A stretch of DNA of 64,000 bases from the human T2T-CHM13v2.0 reference genome, Homo sapiens (GCF_009914755.1 NC_060933.1); one strand, 5' to 3'; positions 33,046 to 51,434 are shown, counted from the stretch's first letter. Notes: a model not told the origin generated them from the letters alone. Translations and numbers: made by a program.

Positions 33046-33998
33046 TAATGACAGCAGTGGTAATATTCAGACCATCCCACGCGACCCTCGCAGCAGCCCT
33101 CCAGGTGGTGTCACTGACTCTTGATGGAGAAAAGCCAAGTTCAGGTGCCCTTGTGAGCATGAAGGCTGCACGGAGTTGCAAGCAACGGGAACCCAGTGTG
33201 GGCCTGAACACACCTGGCTGTCTCATGCACAAGCCCCAGGCTGGTGTGGAGGTGCCTTCTCTCCTCCTGCACATCCTTAGCATGCAGCTCTTTCTCTCAT
33301 CCCTGCTGGGGCCCCTGCACCATGGCCACAGCCTGTGGGCAGGAAGGAGGGGAGGCAGAGGGCCCCACTGGCCCCGCGAGCACTCCAAGGTCACTCTGGC
33401 TGCAGGGAGGCAGGGAAGTCCAGCCTGTCGCTTCCTATCCTCTATATGCAGAAGAGAAAAGTGGGGAAGGCCTGCCATGCCCAAAACAAGGAAGCTCCCC
33501 TTCTCCGCAGCACCACCTGCAGGCACCGAGGTCCCCAGAAAGGACAGACACCTGGCTGGACCCAGGTTCCCCATGGTCTCCCAGACCCCCAGACTCCACC
33601 TCTGAGAAGCACCTTGCCACTCCCTTCCTTTGAAAGACTCCCAGGGAAATGAGAGCCTTCCCACTTCGGAGGCTGTGTGACATCCTGGAAATTAGCCTGA
33701 GCTCCAGCCCCAGCCCAGGCAGTGTGACCCTGGGCATGCTCACACTCTGTGAAATGGGCATGCTGTCTTACTGGCTGGGTCTAGATCAGGGGGCTTTCTT
33801 GGCAGGACTCCACCCCGGGAGACAACCCGCTGGCTTCTCTGAAACTCCATTTCTTCTTATGGAAGAGCTTGGGGCCCCTGGGGTCTCTGGGCATTCTTGT
33901 AGACGGTGGCCACACCTGGCTCTCCCTGGTCTCCTCCTGGATTTCTTGGTCCCTGGTCGTCCCCTGCCCATGCTGGGACCTAGTTTTCATTTACTTAA

Positions 33999-34196
<198 letters not shown>

Positions 34197-34583
34197 TGAG
34201 CTCAGGGTCGGGGTTTATTTTAACCTGTGGATTTATCTTTCAACATCTCTCCACCCTAATACAAGCACAGCTAGTTGGCTTTGTAACGCCTCAAAGAACT
34301 CCATCACAGATGCCCTGATTATCCCTGCACAGCTGGGCTTTGCCCAGTTCTGGCTCTCCCAAACCGTGCTGCGGCGAGTAATCCCGAATGTACGGTGGAG
34401 TGAGCAGACTGACCCCCAGGAGGCACAGGAGGCGTAGCCCCCAGGACCCACGACACTTTTAGGGTTCCAGAAAAAAGTTTTCATTCTACATAAAAAAAAA
34501 AATTCCTAAAGACAATGGTCACCTTTAAATTTTTCATTCTAACTTACTTTAAAATCAGAAGACAAAAGTAAATACATAACACT

Positions 34584-35250
<667 letters not shown>

Positions 35251-35461
35251 TCATATTCATCTTTATACCAACGCAGTTGTAAAATCTGGGTTTTCATGTT
35301 TCTATGGAGGCAGGGGACAAGAGCAAAAGTGCCAGGGCCCCGGACTGTCCCCCAGCTCTGTGAGCTGAGGCCCTGCCTCCATGGAGTACGTCCCTGGGTG
35401 TGGAATTGCTGGGGTGCTTGCCGGACACACTGGGGACACTATGAGAGACCCTGCCAAATGA

Positions 35462-35923
<462 letters not shown>

Positions 35924-36156
35924 TAGCTCCCAACTACCTATAACACAAAGTTCCTCTCCATAGCCTGGCCCCCACCTGTTTTCCCTCCGCTCCTGCTACA
36001 CAAATCCTCTATGTAGCTCAATGGCCTAGTCACTGCCCACGCCTCCCACAACCCTCTGCTTTTGCTTCCACAGCCTGGGTGGCACACAGTGGTCCCAGGA
36101 CATCTTCCTCACACAGCACCACTTCCTTCCTGCGTGCTTCTATGTGCCCAGGATGA

Positions 36157-36525
<369 letters not shown>

Positions 36526-36928
36526 TAGGGGCAGAAGCTATGGTCCGGCCTGTGGGGAGCTGAGGCTGGCCCTCACCCCGGGCTCTCCTCGCCAGTGCTT
36601 TATTGCAGCGTGGAGGCGTGCATGTGTCCCCAGAAGAGTCCCGTGTCTCTGCTATCTGCCTGGGGAAGACAGCAGAGAAGGGGAATGGGTGGTGTGGCAG
36701 CCCTCACATGATTTTAATGGAGCCACAGACATCCCATCTTCCCCACTGTCCCTATGAGGGGTATCTGAGTTGTTTCTCAGTTTCCACTATTATGAATGAT
36801 ACTAGAACGGACACCCTGGTGTGTATGTATCTGTGCACTTGTTTCCGTAGCACAGATTCCTAGATGTTCAAGAGTGTGAATACTTTAACTTTTCACAGAT
36901 ACAACTTGCCCACCTATTAAGAATGCAT

Positions 36929-37586
<658 letters not shown>

Positions 37587-38027
37587 AATTTTTAAAACAT
37601 TTGTGCCAAAACATGCTTTCATAAAATCTTTCCATTCAACCTTTTTCACCTGCCTGAACATTACCTTCACATATCCATCCATCCACCCATCCACCCATCC
37701 ATCCGTCTGTCTATCCATCAGACCTGGATTAGGAATCCACTGAGGTTTGTTGCAGTGGCTCGGGCCTCAGAGGTGACAAGGCCCAGCCCTGGCCTTCGAG
37801 TAGGTAGCAGAGGCCTCATATGGGCCTAATTTACCATTCCCTCCCTCCCCTCCTCCTCTTCGACCCCTTTTGTAGCTCAGCTGTGACCAGGACAGAGTCC
37901 CTGGGAAGAGAGACTTTGCCTCCCTGGGGAAACTAGGGAAGCTGTTGGGCCCCATCCCAAAGGGTAGGTCTTTCCCACCACCCGGAGCCACACCTCCCTC
38001 CACGCCTTGCTTAGAAATGGGCTTGCA

Positions 38028-38327
38028 GCCCAGCGCAGTGGCTCATGCCTGTAATCCCAGCACTTTGGGAGGGGCTGAGGTGGGCAGATCACTTGAGATC
38101 AGGAGTTCAAGACCAGCCTGGCCAGACATGGTGAAACCCTGTCTCTACTAAAAATACAAAAATTAGCCAGACGTGGTGGCGCATGCCTGTAATCTCAGCT
38201 ACGCAGGAGGCTGAGGCAGGAGAATCGCTTGAACCCAGGAGGCGGAGGTTGCAGTGAGCTGAGATGATGCCACTGCACAACGGCCTAGGCGACAGAGTGA
38301 GACTCTGTTTCAAAAAAAAAAAAAAAG
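38028..38327 (+). mobile_element. AluS
   Basis: Alu consensus with A tail. Confidence 0.88.
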
Positions 38328-38816
38328 AGGGGGGGGTCTTGCTTCGCTCCACACTCCAGGTGCCAGGACTTCATCCTTGTTGCTCTCATGAGCCTAGAGT
38401 GGAGGGATGGCTGCCTGGCCACTGCCCCTCACCCAGTCCCCAGCCCACAACAGTTTCTGGCACAGTGGCAGGGTGGATGGAGCCCACCCACCCATGTCCA
38501 CCCTCAGGGCAGTTGCAGCCAAGGGCTCTGGAATAGACTGGCTAGGTTCAAACTGCTGAAGAGCAGGTGCTTTCATCCTGCTGACCCCAGGTTCCTCATC
38601 TGCATATGGAGGGCAGCCTTGGGAGGGGCCACTTCACAGGGCTGTGGGCAGCACAGAGCAGGACACCCGTGGCAGACATGGCATGCACTCCATGGACCTA
38701 GCGCTAATCCTCATTGTCCTTCCCCCTTCTATTCACCCACCTAGGGCCCTGCAGGCTCCTACCAGCCTCTGGGGGCCCTGGTCGGGTCTATATGCCCCCG
38801 ATCTGGCCCAAAATGA

Positions 38817-39158
<342 letters not shown>

Positions 39159-39571
39159 TAGCTCTGCCCCCACCACCTGGTTGGCATCTAACCACTGGAG
39201 AGTCCATGCTATCCTGTGCCCATCAGACCCCATCCTGGATGGCAGAGAGGGCACAGGCCAGGAGCTTGGAGACGCGGATCCCACCCAGGCCTGCCTTTTG
39301 CCTGCTCCGTGGCCCTGGACAAGTTCCTGATGATCCTGCCAGTTTTCCCAGCTATGAAGCGAGGAGCTGGACACGAGGTCCTCTGGAGTCACCCTCAGGG
39401 AGGATGGGTTGTGTCCTCTGAAGAGGGCTGGTAGGAGGGCAGTGCTGAGTTCATTTCACTGTCCTGATGGAAGAGGTTGGAGCTGAGAGATTGAGCCTCC
39501 TATGAGAGACATGGGTTGTTAAAAGAGTTGAATTAGCTTTGATGATTTTTTTTGAAACAAAAAGTATTTAG

Positions 39572-39867
<296 letters not shown>

Positions 39868-40165
39868 ACCTTTCTAGTTTCACTGTTGGAAGTTTGGAGT
39901 TCCATGCAATGTTGAAATTGTGTTCAGTGCTGCCTGACTGGCTCCCAGGGACCAGGATGCGTGGCCTGGCCGGGCAGGGCTCCCTTCCGGTCCTTCACTC
40001 CATTAGGCCACAGGGATTCATGGAGGCCTGCTCTGGGTCAGAACAAGGCAGACCTCGGTTTCCTTCATGCAAAGTGGAGATGCTATCCCCCAGCCTGTGA
40101 GCCTTGTGTGTCTGGCCCCATGCCTGAGCTGTGGGGCTAACCCCAGGCGTCTTCCTCTGGCTTGA

Positions 40166-40498
<333 letters not shown>

Positions 40499-41209
40499 TG
40501 ATGACAAGCTTCCACTCTTGAAGTCACTGGTTCCCTCTACAGACATGCTAGGCGCAGCTGTGGGCTTCACACCAATGACATCTCTTTCCCACACTTCCTG
40601 CCCCTTCTGGGAGGCTGGGGCTCAAATGCCCTGTGTGTCTCCATTCCATAGGGCCCAGTGGGCTTCCGAAGCCGCCAGCCAGGACTGTGGGAAGGAGAGG
40701 GCCATACAGAGCGCTCACACCTTCACCCACAAATCGGGTGGGCACTGTTCTCCCCAACAGGAAGCTGGGCCTCGAGAGAGCCTAAGGACAGTTGCCAGGA
40801 GTCCATGCAGCAGGGTTCAGGGCTGGGGTCTGGGCCCCAGCACCCTCTTTACTGCACAGACTGGATAACTGATGATACATGGCTGATCTCACTTTGGGGA
40901 GTGAAAGGAGGCACTAGGAATAGATGTCAACTGGAACCCTCAGGCAAAATGGATGTCAGTTCATCCTACCGGGATAGGGCCCCGTCATGGTTCCATCCTG
41001 GAAGGCACAGGCTGGCTCTGTGAGCCCAGGAGGCAGGGTCAGGCCCCCTGGATGGGAAGCTACAGAGGTCAGACCCAGCCTGGTAGTGGGATGGCAGCTA
41101 TTGGGACTGGTGGTCCACGAGATGGACAGACTCCTCTGGGGCCAGTCCCACATCCTCCTGTTCAGGGCTCCATTGAGTGCACACGACTTGGCCCAGAGCA
41201 GGCACCTAG

Positions 41210-41503
<294 letters not shown>

Positions 41504-41998
41504 TAACTGCCCCTGAGAGCCTTCGAGGACCTCCATGTCCTGTCCCTAAAACACAACAGCCATAGTCCGGGAAAGGCTCTTCTGAGAGCTTCCAACTCCA
41601 ACAGAAGAAAATCGAGGAGCAGAGAGAGAAAAGGCAGGGGAGAAAGGCCTTCTGGCAGAGGCCGGGTTTCAGGACTTCTTGCCCAGTGGGCAGACCCCTC
41701 AGTTTTAAGTGCCTCCTGCCCAGGGAAATGTCCTGGGATTTTCCGGGCAGTCCTGGTTCCAGAGGGCAGCGGTGGTGTGGTGCTGGATGCCCTGTTTGTT
41801 TTGATTTTTGATTCACAGTAGGGGGCCCCCTGGCCTGTGCTGCTTCCTCTCCTCTAGACCCCATCTTGGCACTCCAGCGCCCCAGGAAAAAGAGAGCTCC
41901 AAACCACGGAAAGCCCGGGAAACCCAAGAACCCTGCCAGCACCCAAAGTGTGGGATTCTCCAAGCCTCTCCTGGGCTAACCCCTGCACCCGTCTCTGA

Positions 41999-42605
<607 letters not shown>

Positions 42606-43084
42606 TAAAAACGATCTGAAGTCCAGTCATCCAGAAATCACCATCAAGACTTTCACGCACACTTGATAAACTCTTGTCTCTGCGTTATGCTACCCTGTGA
42701 CCCTCTCTCTGTCCATAAACACATCACATCTGCACAGGTTTCCTAACATGCAGGCACACCGTGACTGATCAAAACAGCTCTGCAAACAGTGTCTCCAATT
42801 CCCCACAACACAAACCCTGCCTGTTACTCAGCTAGACAGGCTGGGCCCAGCGCTGAGCACAGCACAACCGACGCTCGGCCCACAGCACAGTCCTTCAGAG
42901 AGCATCCTGGGCCTGGCCAAGACACTAGCTGGTGCCTGGCAACTCCGGGCTCATGGTCTTGACCTCTGTACTACCTAATCTTCCCCAGAGTGACAACGAC
43001 CCCTTTGGCTCTGGGGGGGCTGCCTCCTCTGTTCTTGCATGGTCCTGTTCAGGTCATGCCAGCCTACTGGTCCGCCCAAGCTGA

Positions 43085-43390
<306 letters not shown>

Positions 43391-43433
43391 TAGAGCCCAG
43401 CGGTCAGGGGTGCCCCGCTCCCCCTATAACTGA

Positions 43434-43853
<420 letters not shown>

Positions 43854-44326
43854 ATGTTTGTATGGAACTGACCTTGATCTCCACGTGTATAGTTTTCAAG
43901 ACTGCTCTCCTGCCTGCCTATTATCCCATCTCTATGACTGGGCCAAAATCAATCTTAAACGGGAGGGGTAATCAGACCTCTCCAAAGAGTTTCCTGTCCA
44001 TGACTGCTGGATTGAGTCACATGAGTAACTGCTCCTGGACCCGGGGACTGTCCACGAAAACTGACTTGCCTGCTTCCTCCTTCCAGGAACTGGTTTCTTG
44101 CGCGGAAAAAGTGCTCTTGAGGCTGGAGGCAGCCACCTCTCCCAGCCCACTGGGTGGGGAAGCAGCTCAGCCCTGATGCGGGGGAGAAGACAGATACCCC
44201 ACAGGCCCCTCCCTCCACGTGTGCCCTCTCCCTGTCCTTCCTTTCCATGGGCCACTGTTTCCCTTGGGGTGGGGGGAAGGGTCATCCAGCACCAGAATGC
44301 GCACCTCACACTCCTCTTAGGTGACT

Positions 44327-44332
44327 AATAAA
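44327..44332 (+). terminator. STKLD1: STKLD1 polyadenylation signal AATAAA
   Basis: Canonical hexamer downstream of both possible stop codons. Confidence 0.8.
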
Positions 44333-44512
44333 GAGGCCCAAGGCCAGTTTCTGCCTTAATCATTTCTGGCAAGAGGCTGTGACTGGCCAGTGGGATACTT
44401 AATTCTGCAGTCTCTATAGACCTCGCCCCTGGACAGAGCAGTCCTTCCAGACCATTCTAGATGAGAGTCAACACTGAGCCTCCACAGGCTCCATTCCAAG
44501 TAAACATCTGCA

Positions 44513-44518
44513 TTTATT
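44513..44518 (-). terminator. REXO4: REXO4 polyadenylation signal AATAAA
   Basis: TTTATT on + strand about 870 nt past the REXO4 stop. Confidence 0.7.
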
Positions 44519-45384
44519 TTAAATCGCATCCTCGGTGTGTCTGCCCCTTTTCTGTCCAGCTGTCAGGTGGCCCAATAACGCCTTGGACTCCGTCCCCTTG
44601 TCAGTGCCACTGGCTGTTCCTGGCTCTAGTTCCCAGGGGAGCCTCAAACTGGGGCCTAGCCCAGAAAGCCACCGGCTAGCATCACATAGCTTCTCCAGCT
44701 CAAATAGCCCAAGGTTGGCATGTCTGCCGACCTCCAGGAATAACCGCAGTCACCGTGCCCAGGCAACACATCCTCGTGCTATGGGGAGAAGCCTCTGCTG
44801 GGTGACCCACCAGCCAACCCTGGGCCAATTTAATTTAGATAAATGCTCAAAGTTCAAACGGCCACAGGAAACCCCTGATGTAACACCTGTTGTGCCGGCC
44901 AGCTGTGTCTCAGGAGCTGACTGCAGACACCTGGTCTGGGTCCCTCAAGCCCAGCAGAGCTTGTTATGTCCCCTAACACAAAGGAGGAAAATGTGGCTCC
45001 TCGAGAGGAAGGTGCTGAGCACCTCACCCCAGGGTGTCACCGAAGATGGGCAGTGACAGCACCGTATGGACTGGCGGCCCACAGGCCCCAACCTCACCTG
45101 GCCCAGGGGGTCAGCAGTCGGTAAAGCGTGGCCAGGCGTGCCCATGGCCGTCCCTGCTCCCCACCCTGACCATCCGGGCCCAAACACACATGGACAGTAA
45201 GACCAGGTTTCAGACCACAAAGTCAAGAGGAAGGAGGACCTTCTCAGTAGCACCACGCCACGCCCCTCTGCCATGATTCTGAAAAGGTTTCACCAGAGTT
45301 GCCACTCTGGGGAGATGTGATCTGTCCCTGTGACTGGTCACATTGCCTCTGTAGCGGGGCGGCAGCAGCAGCAGGGCAGGACTG

Positions 45385-45504
45385 CTAGGCGTCGTCACTG
45401 CAGTGGTCTGGAGCAGTCAGCAGGGGGCGCCTGTCTCGGGCCATGCTCTCCCACTCCTTCTTCACCATGACGTACAGCCTCATTGCTGCCTGGGCATCCT
45501 GAAT
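45385..45504 (-). CDS. REXO4: REXO4 coding exon 8 (IQDAQAAMRLY...CSDDA*)
   Basis: AG acceptor, TAG stop; ExoIII Asp; eight exons sum to 1269 nt = 422 aa + stop. Confidence 0.96.
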   Translation of the reverse strand: MQDAQAAMRLYVMVKKEWESMARDRRPLLTAPDHCSDDA

Positions 45505-46238
45505 CTAGACGACATGAAACATCCCAGCAGGTGACGAGGCATAGCCGCAGCCCACAGTCAACCCCACAATGACTGAGCCCTCCCACTAGCCACTCTGCTA
45601 CAGATGTACTGAGTGAGACATGGACCTGGCCACGAGATGTCACCAGGACGGGGAGGGAGGACACAAGAGAAGCAGAGGGAGCAACGACCTGATGGTCCCC
45701 ACACTTCTGTGACTCAGACACCCCTCCCAGGAGAAGAAAGGGAAACCCAAAGAGGAGAAGCAACAAACACGCTGCCTTTTTAGGTCTCTGAGTGCAGGGT
45801 GATGGCAGGTTGGGTGCTGGGCACAGGGGCACAAGGACCAAGCAGATGGGCAAAAAGGGCCCAAAGCACTGAGGCCACGTTGGCAGGGGGTGACTGCTCC
45901 ACAGAGGCAGAGCCAGCTGCTCAGCGGGGCCGGGCAGGGCAGGGCTGGAGGGCTGCGGGGGTGGGGGGACCCTTTGTAATTATTTGGCAACTTTTTCTCC
46001 AAATAACGAGAATGCAGTACTTTTGTGTTAAGTGTTAAATTCGTTAAATGTGCATATTTAGAATTTAACCAAAATTCCGTAACTCCGCTCTACCATTTTT
46101 TTTTTTTGACCAATAGCCTCGTAGGATAAGTAGGTGCCCAAGCCCCACCTCCCCCATGTCTGTGTCAGGTGACTCATGTCTGGTTCCAGGTGGGAAACCG
46201 CCCCAAACCCCATGAACTACCCCACAGGACACACTTAC

Positions 46239-46313
46239 TGAACAGTGCTCCGCCTGCTGGACCTGGAGCCCAAGGATCTTCTCTGAAAGTAGTCTCAGAG
46301 ACGGCCTTCCACT
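46239..46313 (-). CDS. REXO4: REXO4 exon 7 (SGRPSLRLLSEKILGLQVQQAEHCS)
   Basis: AG / GTAAGT, 75 nt; DEDDh His. Confidence 0.95.
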
Positions 46314-46604
46314 CTGCAAAGGGGGAAGAGGCGGGTGGGGGCCTCTGCAGGCTCGGCCCAAAGAGGGTCACCCCACCAAGCAGGGAGCGGTTGGCTACTG
46401 AACCTCACCCAAGCGACCTACAGTTTGCCTCTCAGTGGAGAGGTGCTCATGGCACTTAGGGTGGTAGCCACCAGCTGCCATTTATAGCATGATGGGCTGG
46501 TGATACACCCCTATCAGCCAATAAAAGGAGAGGGCCAGGGGAGGAGTCAGCATCCCCATCTCCCATCTTGAGGCCTCCCTGCTTATTTCAAGAGGGACAG
46601 CTCT

Positions 46605-46903
46605 GGCCAGGCATGGTGGTTCACACCTGTAATCTCAGCACTTAGGAGGCCAACGAGGGCAGATCACTTGAACCCAGGAGTTTGAGAATAGCCAGGGCAA
46701 CACAGCAAGACCCTATCTCTAAAAAAATAAAAATAAAAAAATTAGCCAGGGGTGGTGGCATATGCCTGCAGTCCCAGCTACTTCAGAGGCTAAGGTGGAA
46801 GGATTGCCTGAGCCTGGGAGGTGGCAGTTACAGTGAGCCAAGATTATGCCATTGCACTCCAGCCTGGGTGACAGAGCAAGACCCTGTCTAAAAAAAAAAA
46901 AAA
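46605..46903 (+). mobile_element. AluJ-like element
   Basis: Diverged Alu consensus. Confidence 0.85.
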
Positions 46904-47199
46904 GGATGAAGAACGGCTCTGCCCTTGGCACCCTCTAGAGCAGATACGACAGTGGTACCAGGCCCTTAGTCAGTGACCCTGTTTCAGAGGTTAGAGTGGA
47001 AATAACTTGCCCTCCGTTGCAATCATTTTTAAGGTCAGCAATTAGCAGAACTCTATTTTTAAACATTCCTTCTAGTTTTAAAGGTTAAAAGAAAAAACAA
47101 AAACCCTTTAACCAACAAGTCAGCCACCAGTGACCAGAAACAATGAAGTGACCAGCAAAACAGAAATACAGTATCTTGAGTCACACTCATTCTAAGTAC

Positions 47200-47274
47200 C
47201 TTTACTTGACTCTTGAAAGGTTTATATTTCTGTGTGTCCCGAATCTTCTTTTTTGGATGATCAAGAAATAGTAC
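47200..47274 (-). CDS. REXO4: REXO4 exon 6 (VLFLDHPKKKIRDTQKYKPFKSQVK)
   Basis: AG / GTACTT, 75 nt. Confidence 0.95.
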
Positions 47275-47362
47275 CTAGAAAAATAAAATATAATGATAAT
47301 CATTTTCATTTTTGGTTTGTAGTAGCAGAACCCCCTCCCCCCGCCACCTTTTGCAAGTAACA

Positions 47363-47364
<2 letters not shown>

Positions 47365-47415
<51 letters not shown>

Positions 47416-47693
47416 CGGAGTCTTGCTCTGTCACCCAGGCTGGAATGCAGTGGCTCAATCTTTGCTGACTGCAACCTCCGACCCCAGGTTTCAAGTGATT
47501 CTCCTGCCTCAGCCTCCCGAGTAGCTGGGATTACAAGTGCCCGCCACCATGCCTGGCTAATTTTTGTATTTTTTAGTAGAGACAGGGTTTTGCCATGTTG
47601 GCCAGGCTGGTCTCGAACTCCTGACCTCAGGTGATCCACCCGCCTCGGCCTCCCAAAGTGCTGGGATTACAGGTGTGAGCCAACGCGGCTGCC
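47365..47693 (-). mobile_element. AluS whose tail is a (TG)~25 microsatellite (47365-47414)
   Basis: TG run abutting reverse Alu consensus. Confidence 0.88.
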
Positions 47694-47986
47694 CTGCAAG
47701 TAACATCTTGTAGGGAATCCAAGTGTGTCACACACACATGGAAACAAGGCACTGATATGAATTTCAACTCCAGAAGGAAATTTATTGCACTGACTTAAGC
47801 TGATGCCCAACAGTCAGAGACAATAAAAACAAAATCTTGAAATCAAGGAAGTAGGAGAAAAACAGTCAACAGTTAACCAGCAACCAACTTATTCCTATAT
47901 TATACTTGTATTTTGAGTTGGTTCTACACATCAGGAAGTTGCAAATAACACATTTTAACAGCTCATCTTGCAATCTTAGCATGCAA

Positions 47987-48290
47987 TTTTTTGTTTTGTT
48001 TTGTTTTTTGATAGGATCTCACTCTGTCACCTGGGCTGCAGTGCTATAGGGTAATCATGGCTCACTGCAGCCTTAACCTCCTGGGCTCAACTGATCCTCC
48101 TACCCCAGTCTCCTGAGTAGCTGGGACAACAGGCACACGCCACCACACCTGGCTAATTTTAAAATTTTTTATAGAGATGGGGTCTCCCCTATGTTACTCA
48201 GGCTGGTCTCTAACTCCCGGCCTCAAGCAATCCTCCAGCCTCAGCCTCCCAAAAAGCTGCGATTACAGGCATAAGCCACTGTGTCTGGTC
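47987..48290 (-). mobile_element. AluJ-like element
   Basis: Diverged reverse Alu consensus. Confidence 0.82.
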
Positions 48291-49412
48291 CTTAGCATCA
48301 TCTTCAAGAAAGACTTGAACATGTGCTGCGCAAGGTGCCAGGGATGGAGTCAGAGTCAGGAGGGAAGGACGAGTCCCCACGGCAGCAGTCTCTGAGGGGG
48401 TACAGCAGGAGCACACAGAAGACCTTTCTGTGAGGACACTGCCCGGGGGGTTCTCACCTCAGTTTCACCCTCTGTAAACAAGCATGAACACCTCCAGCAT
48501 CTTCAATGGATTCAAGGGATCTCTACAGTGCCGTCACGGGAGCACCATAGCAAAGGCTGCTGCCTGAACATTAGCATCTCTGTCACTTCCTTCTGAACGG
48601 CTTCAAGTTCCTCACCACACTCAAGTGCTTCAAGCCGGTGGGCAGAGGTGACAACTTAAGTGTCTCTCCCATCTAGCAGACTGGCCTCCCCGCTGTTCCC
48701 ACTGTGTCCTTTAAACCAACATCCAGGCATTTGCCCATAAACTCAAAGTGACCCCCACCCTGTTCTCCTGTAAATACACACGTACTCGCTCTGCCTGACT
48801 CTTCATTCCTGCCTCGGGTGACCAGGAGATGGCAGGCTGCCCTCCCCACCCATGACGCCTTCCCTGCCCAGGGTCTGTATATGTCTTTGAACTTGTTTCC
48901 CACGGTGGTGGTGTCTGAATTTGCACTTTCCATCTGAAGAACCAGGGGCTGCCCCAGGCGGGATTTTCCTCGGGACGCCAGAAAGAAGGCAAAGGCAAGC
49001 TCCCAGGGCCAGGGTGATGGTTAGGCAAGCGTAACCTGAACATGGGCCACAGGGCATCTGCCAGGATAAACTTGTTTCCTGTGGAGGGACCCTGGTCACG
49101 GATGGGACAACTGGACATTAGGCCTTCCTCCAGGTAAAAGGGGTATCAGCACCTTCATTTCTCATTAGGGCGGGGTTGCCAGCTGCTCTGGTATGGGTAC
49201 CCCAGTTTCGCTGGGGGCTCTCAAAACAAGAGCCTGGCATGGCTCCTAAAACACAGTAAGAACTCAGCACGCGGTATCTGATATTATTACCAAAGTATTC
49301 CCAACATAGAGCACAAACCCACACATTGTTAAAACTCCCCAACACAGCAAGGGCGTGAGTGTAACACCCACGGAGCAGGGGCAGGCTGAGTCCCCAGGAG
49401 AGAGCCCAGTAC

Positions 49413-49501
49413 CTTTAGGTCATTATGCAGAGCGTGCCCCACTAGAATTCTGCCCTTCAGCATCTCTGCCACTTCCTTCTGAACAACTTCAAGCTCTTCT
49501 C
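49413..49501 (-). CDS. REXO4: REXO4 exon 5 (GEELEVVQKEVAEMLKGRILVGHALHNDLK)
   Basis: AG / GTACTG, 89 nt; ExoII GHALHND. Confidence 0.95.
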
Positions 49502-50056
49502 CTGGAAAATCAACACAAAGAAGCGGTTTTTTGCAACACACACATCACCATCATTCTGTGAGGAGGCAGCCCCGCTCCTACCCCTGGTCAGACCTAAGAC
49601 AAATGGTCAGGCCTGCAATGCCACTACGGAGGGTGACTCGAAGCCACCACATCCACCCACCCCCCTGGGAGAAGTGCCTTGTGGGCCCCTGGCAGGGGTG
49701 GCTGCGAGAACCACCTCTGAGGAGAGGAATAAAGTGCTCCACACAGTCTGCAAAGTCGGCTCATGGCTGGAGGAGAGCATATGTTGAGTGTAGGCACTGA
49801 GAAACTTTTAGAGCCGCCTGGCAGCGTGGTTCTGCCTATTCAACCTCATGATTTACTTGACAATTTCCCAAATGGAAATAAAAACAAAACTGCCCCCACA
49901 AAAATGGGTAGAGATGTGTTGCCCTAGGCCCTGGGCTCCAGAGGCAGCCTTGCCTGCTTCTGGGGACCACCCCACCACCAACCCCACTTGTACCCCCCGA
50001 ACAGGGGTGATTAGACCAAGGGTGGCCCGAGCCAAGTGGGACCAGCTAATTTTTTA

Positions 50057-50492
<436 letters not shown>

Positions 50493-50726
50493 CTACTGGC
50501 CTGGTCTTGAAGTCAGCGGACAGGAGGCAATGAAGTGCAAGGCATAAATGGGTGTAAAGCCGTCTAAGGATGCCTTTTGTATTTTAAAACCCATCGCCCC
50601 AAAAGGAGACAAGACGCATCAAAACCAGCTGCAGTGAGTGGTCTCAGACAGAAAAGGGAACAAAAGGGAGAAAACGAATCCAGTTACTACTTTCCCTTCT
50701 AAGTTCCTGAGCTGTGGATGACATAC

Positions 50727-50920
50727 CCTGCTTGAGGTTCTCAGGCCGAATCCCACTGACCGCTGTCCTATAGTCCGTCACGGGCTCAGTTGGTTTGACG
50801 TACTTGTCATAAACGCACTTCCCATACTGGTTCACGATGGACACACGGGCGGCCATGCTCTCCTCCCCCTTAGGGCCCACGCCCACCATCTCACAGTCCA
50901 AGGCTAAGGCTCTTGTCAGG
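50727..50920 (-). CDS. REXO4: REXO4 exon 4 ([15 protein letters not shown]...ENLKQ)
   Basis: AG / GTATGT, 194 nt; ExoI DCE motif of REX4-like DEDDh nucleases. Confidence 0.96.
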
Positions 50921-51205
50921 CTGAAGGGTAACCAAAGGCTGTAGTTTAATAAACACGGCAGGCCACAGGGCTCCAGGTCAGAGCCCCAGGGATCCATGGA
51001 CTAAGTGTCAGCAGAGAAAAGCTCTCTGCCCCTCACTCATTTGCACCCACGTGACAAGCTCTGTGTGGTCCTGGTTCTTAGCAGGACCCTGGGAGGTGCT
51101 TGCCTCATTCACCTCAGGGAGAGGAAAGCATCCTCTTCCTTGAAGAAGCCCCGCCCTCCACGGCTAAGCATCCCCAGCAGACCCCACTCCCTGAGACCAG
51201 CGTAC

Positions 51206-51349
51206 CCGCCGAAGGCCTGCTCTTTCACGAGGCTGAGGCTGACGCTGCCCTCGCTCTGACCCAACTGTTTCCTCGCTATCTTGGCCGCCTCTGGACCTAT
51301 GGCAGCTTCGATATCCGCTGGGTCCACGTCGTCAAACCAGATGTCTTCC
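51206..51349 (-). CDS. REXO4: REXO4 exon 3 (EDIWFDDVDPADIE...AFGG)
   Basis: AG / GTACGC, 144 nt. Confidence 0.95.
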
Positions 51350-51434
51350 CTAAAAGGCAAAGATAACAGGCTGATCACCAGAAGACCCTAGTGCAACTGG
51401 TGGGGTGGGGCTGTGGGGCTGACTGTGCAGGTGA

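Noticed and set aside
48670-49150. LTR-like segment in REXO4 intron 5
   Set aside because: Could not identify termini, TSD or family confidently; needs a Dfam search
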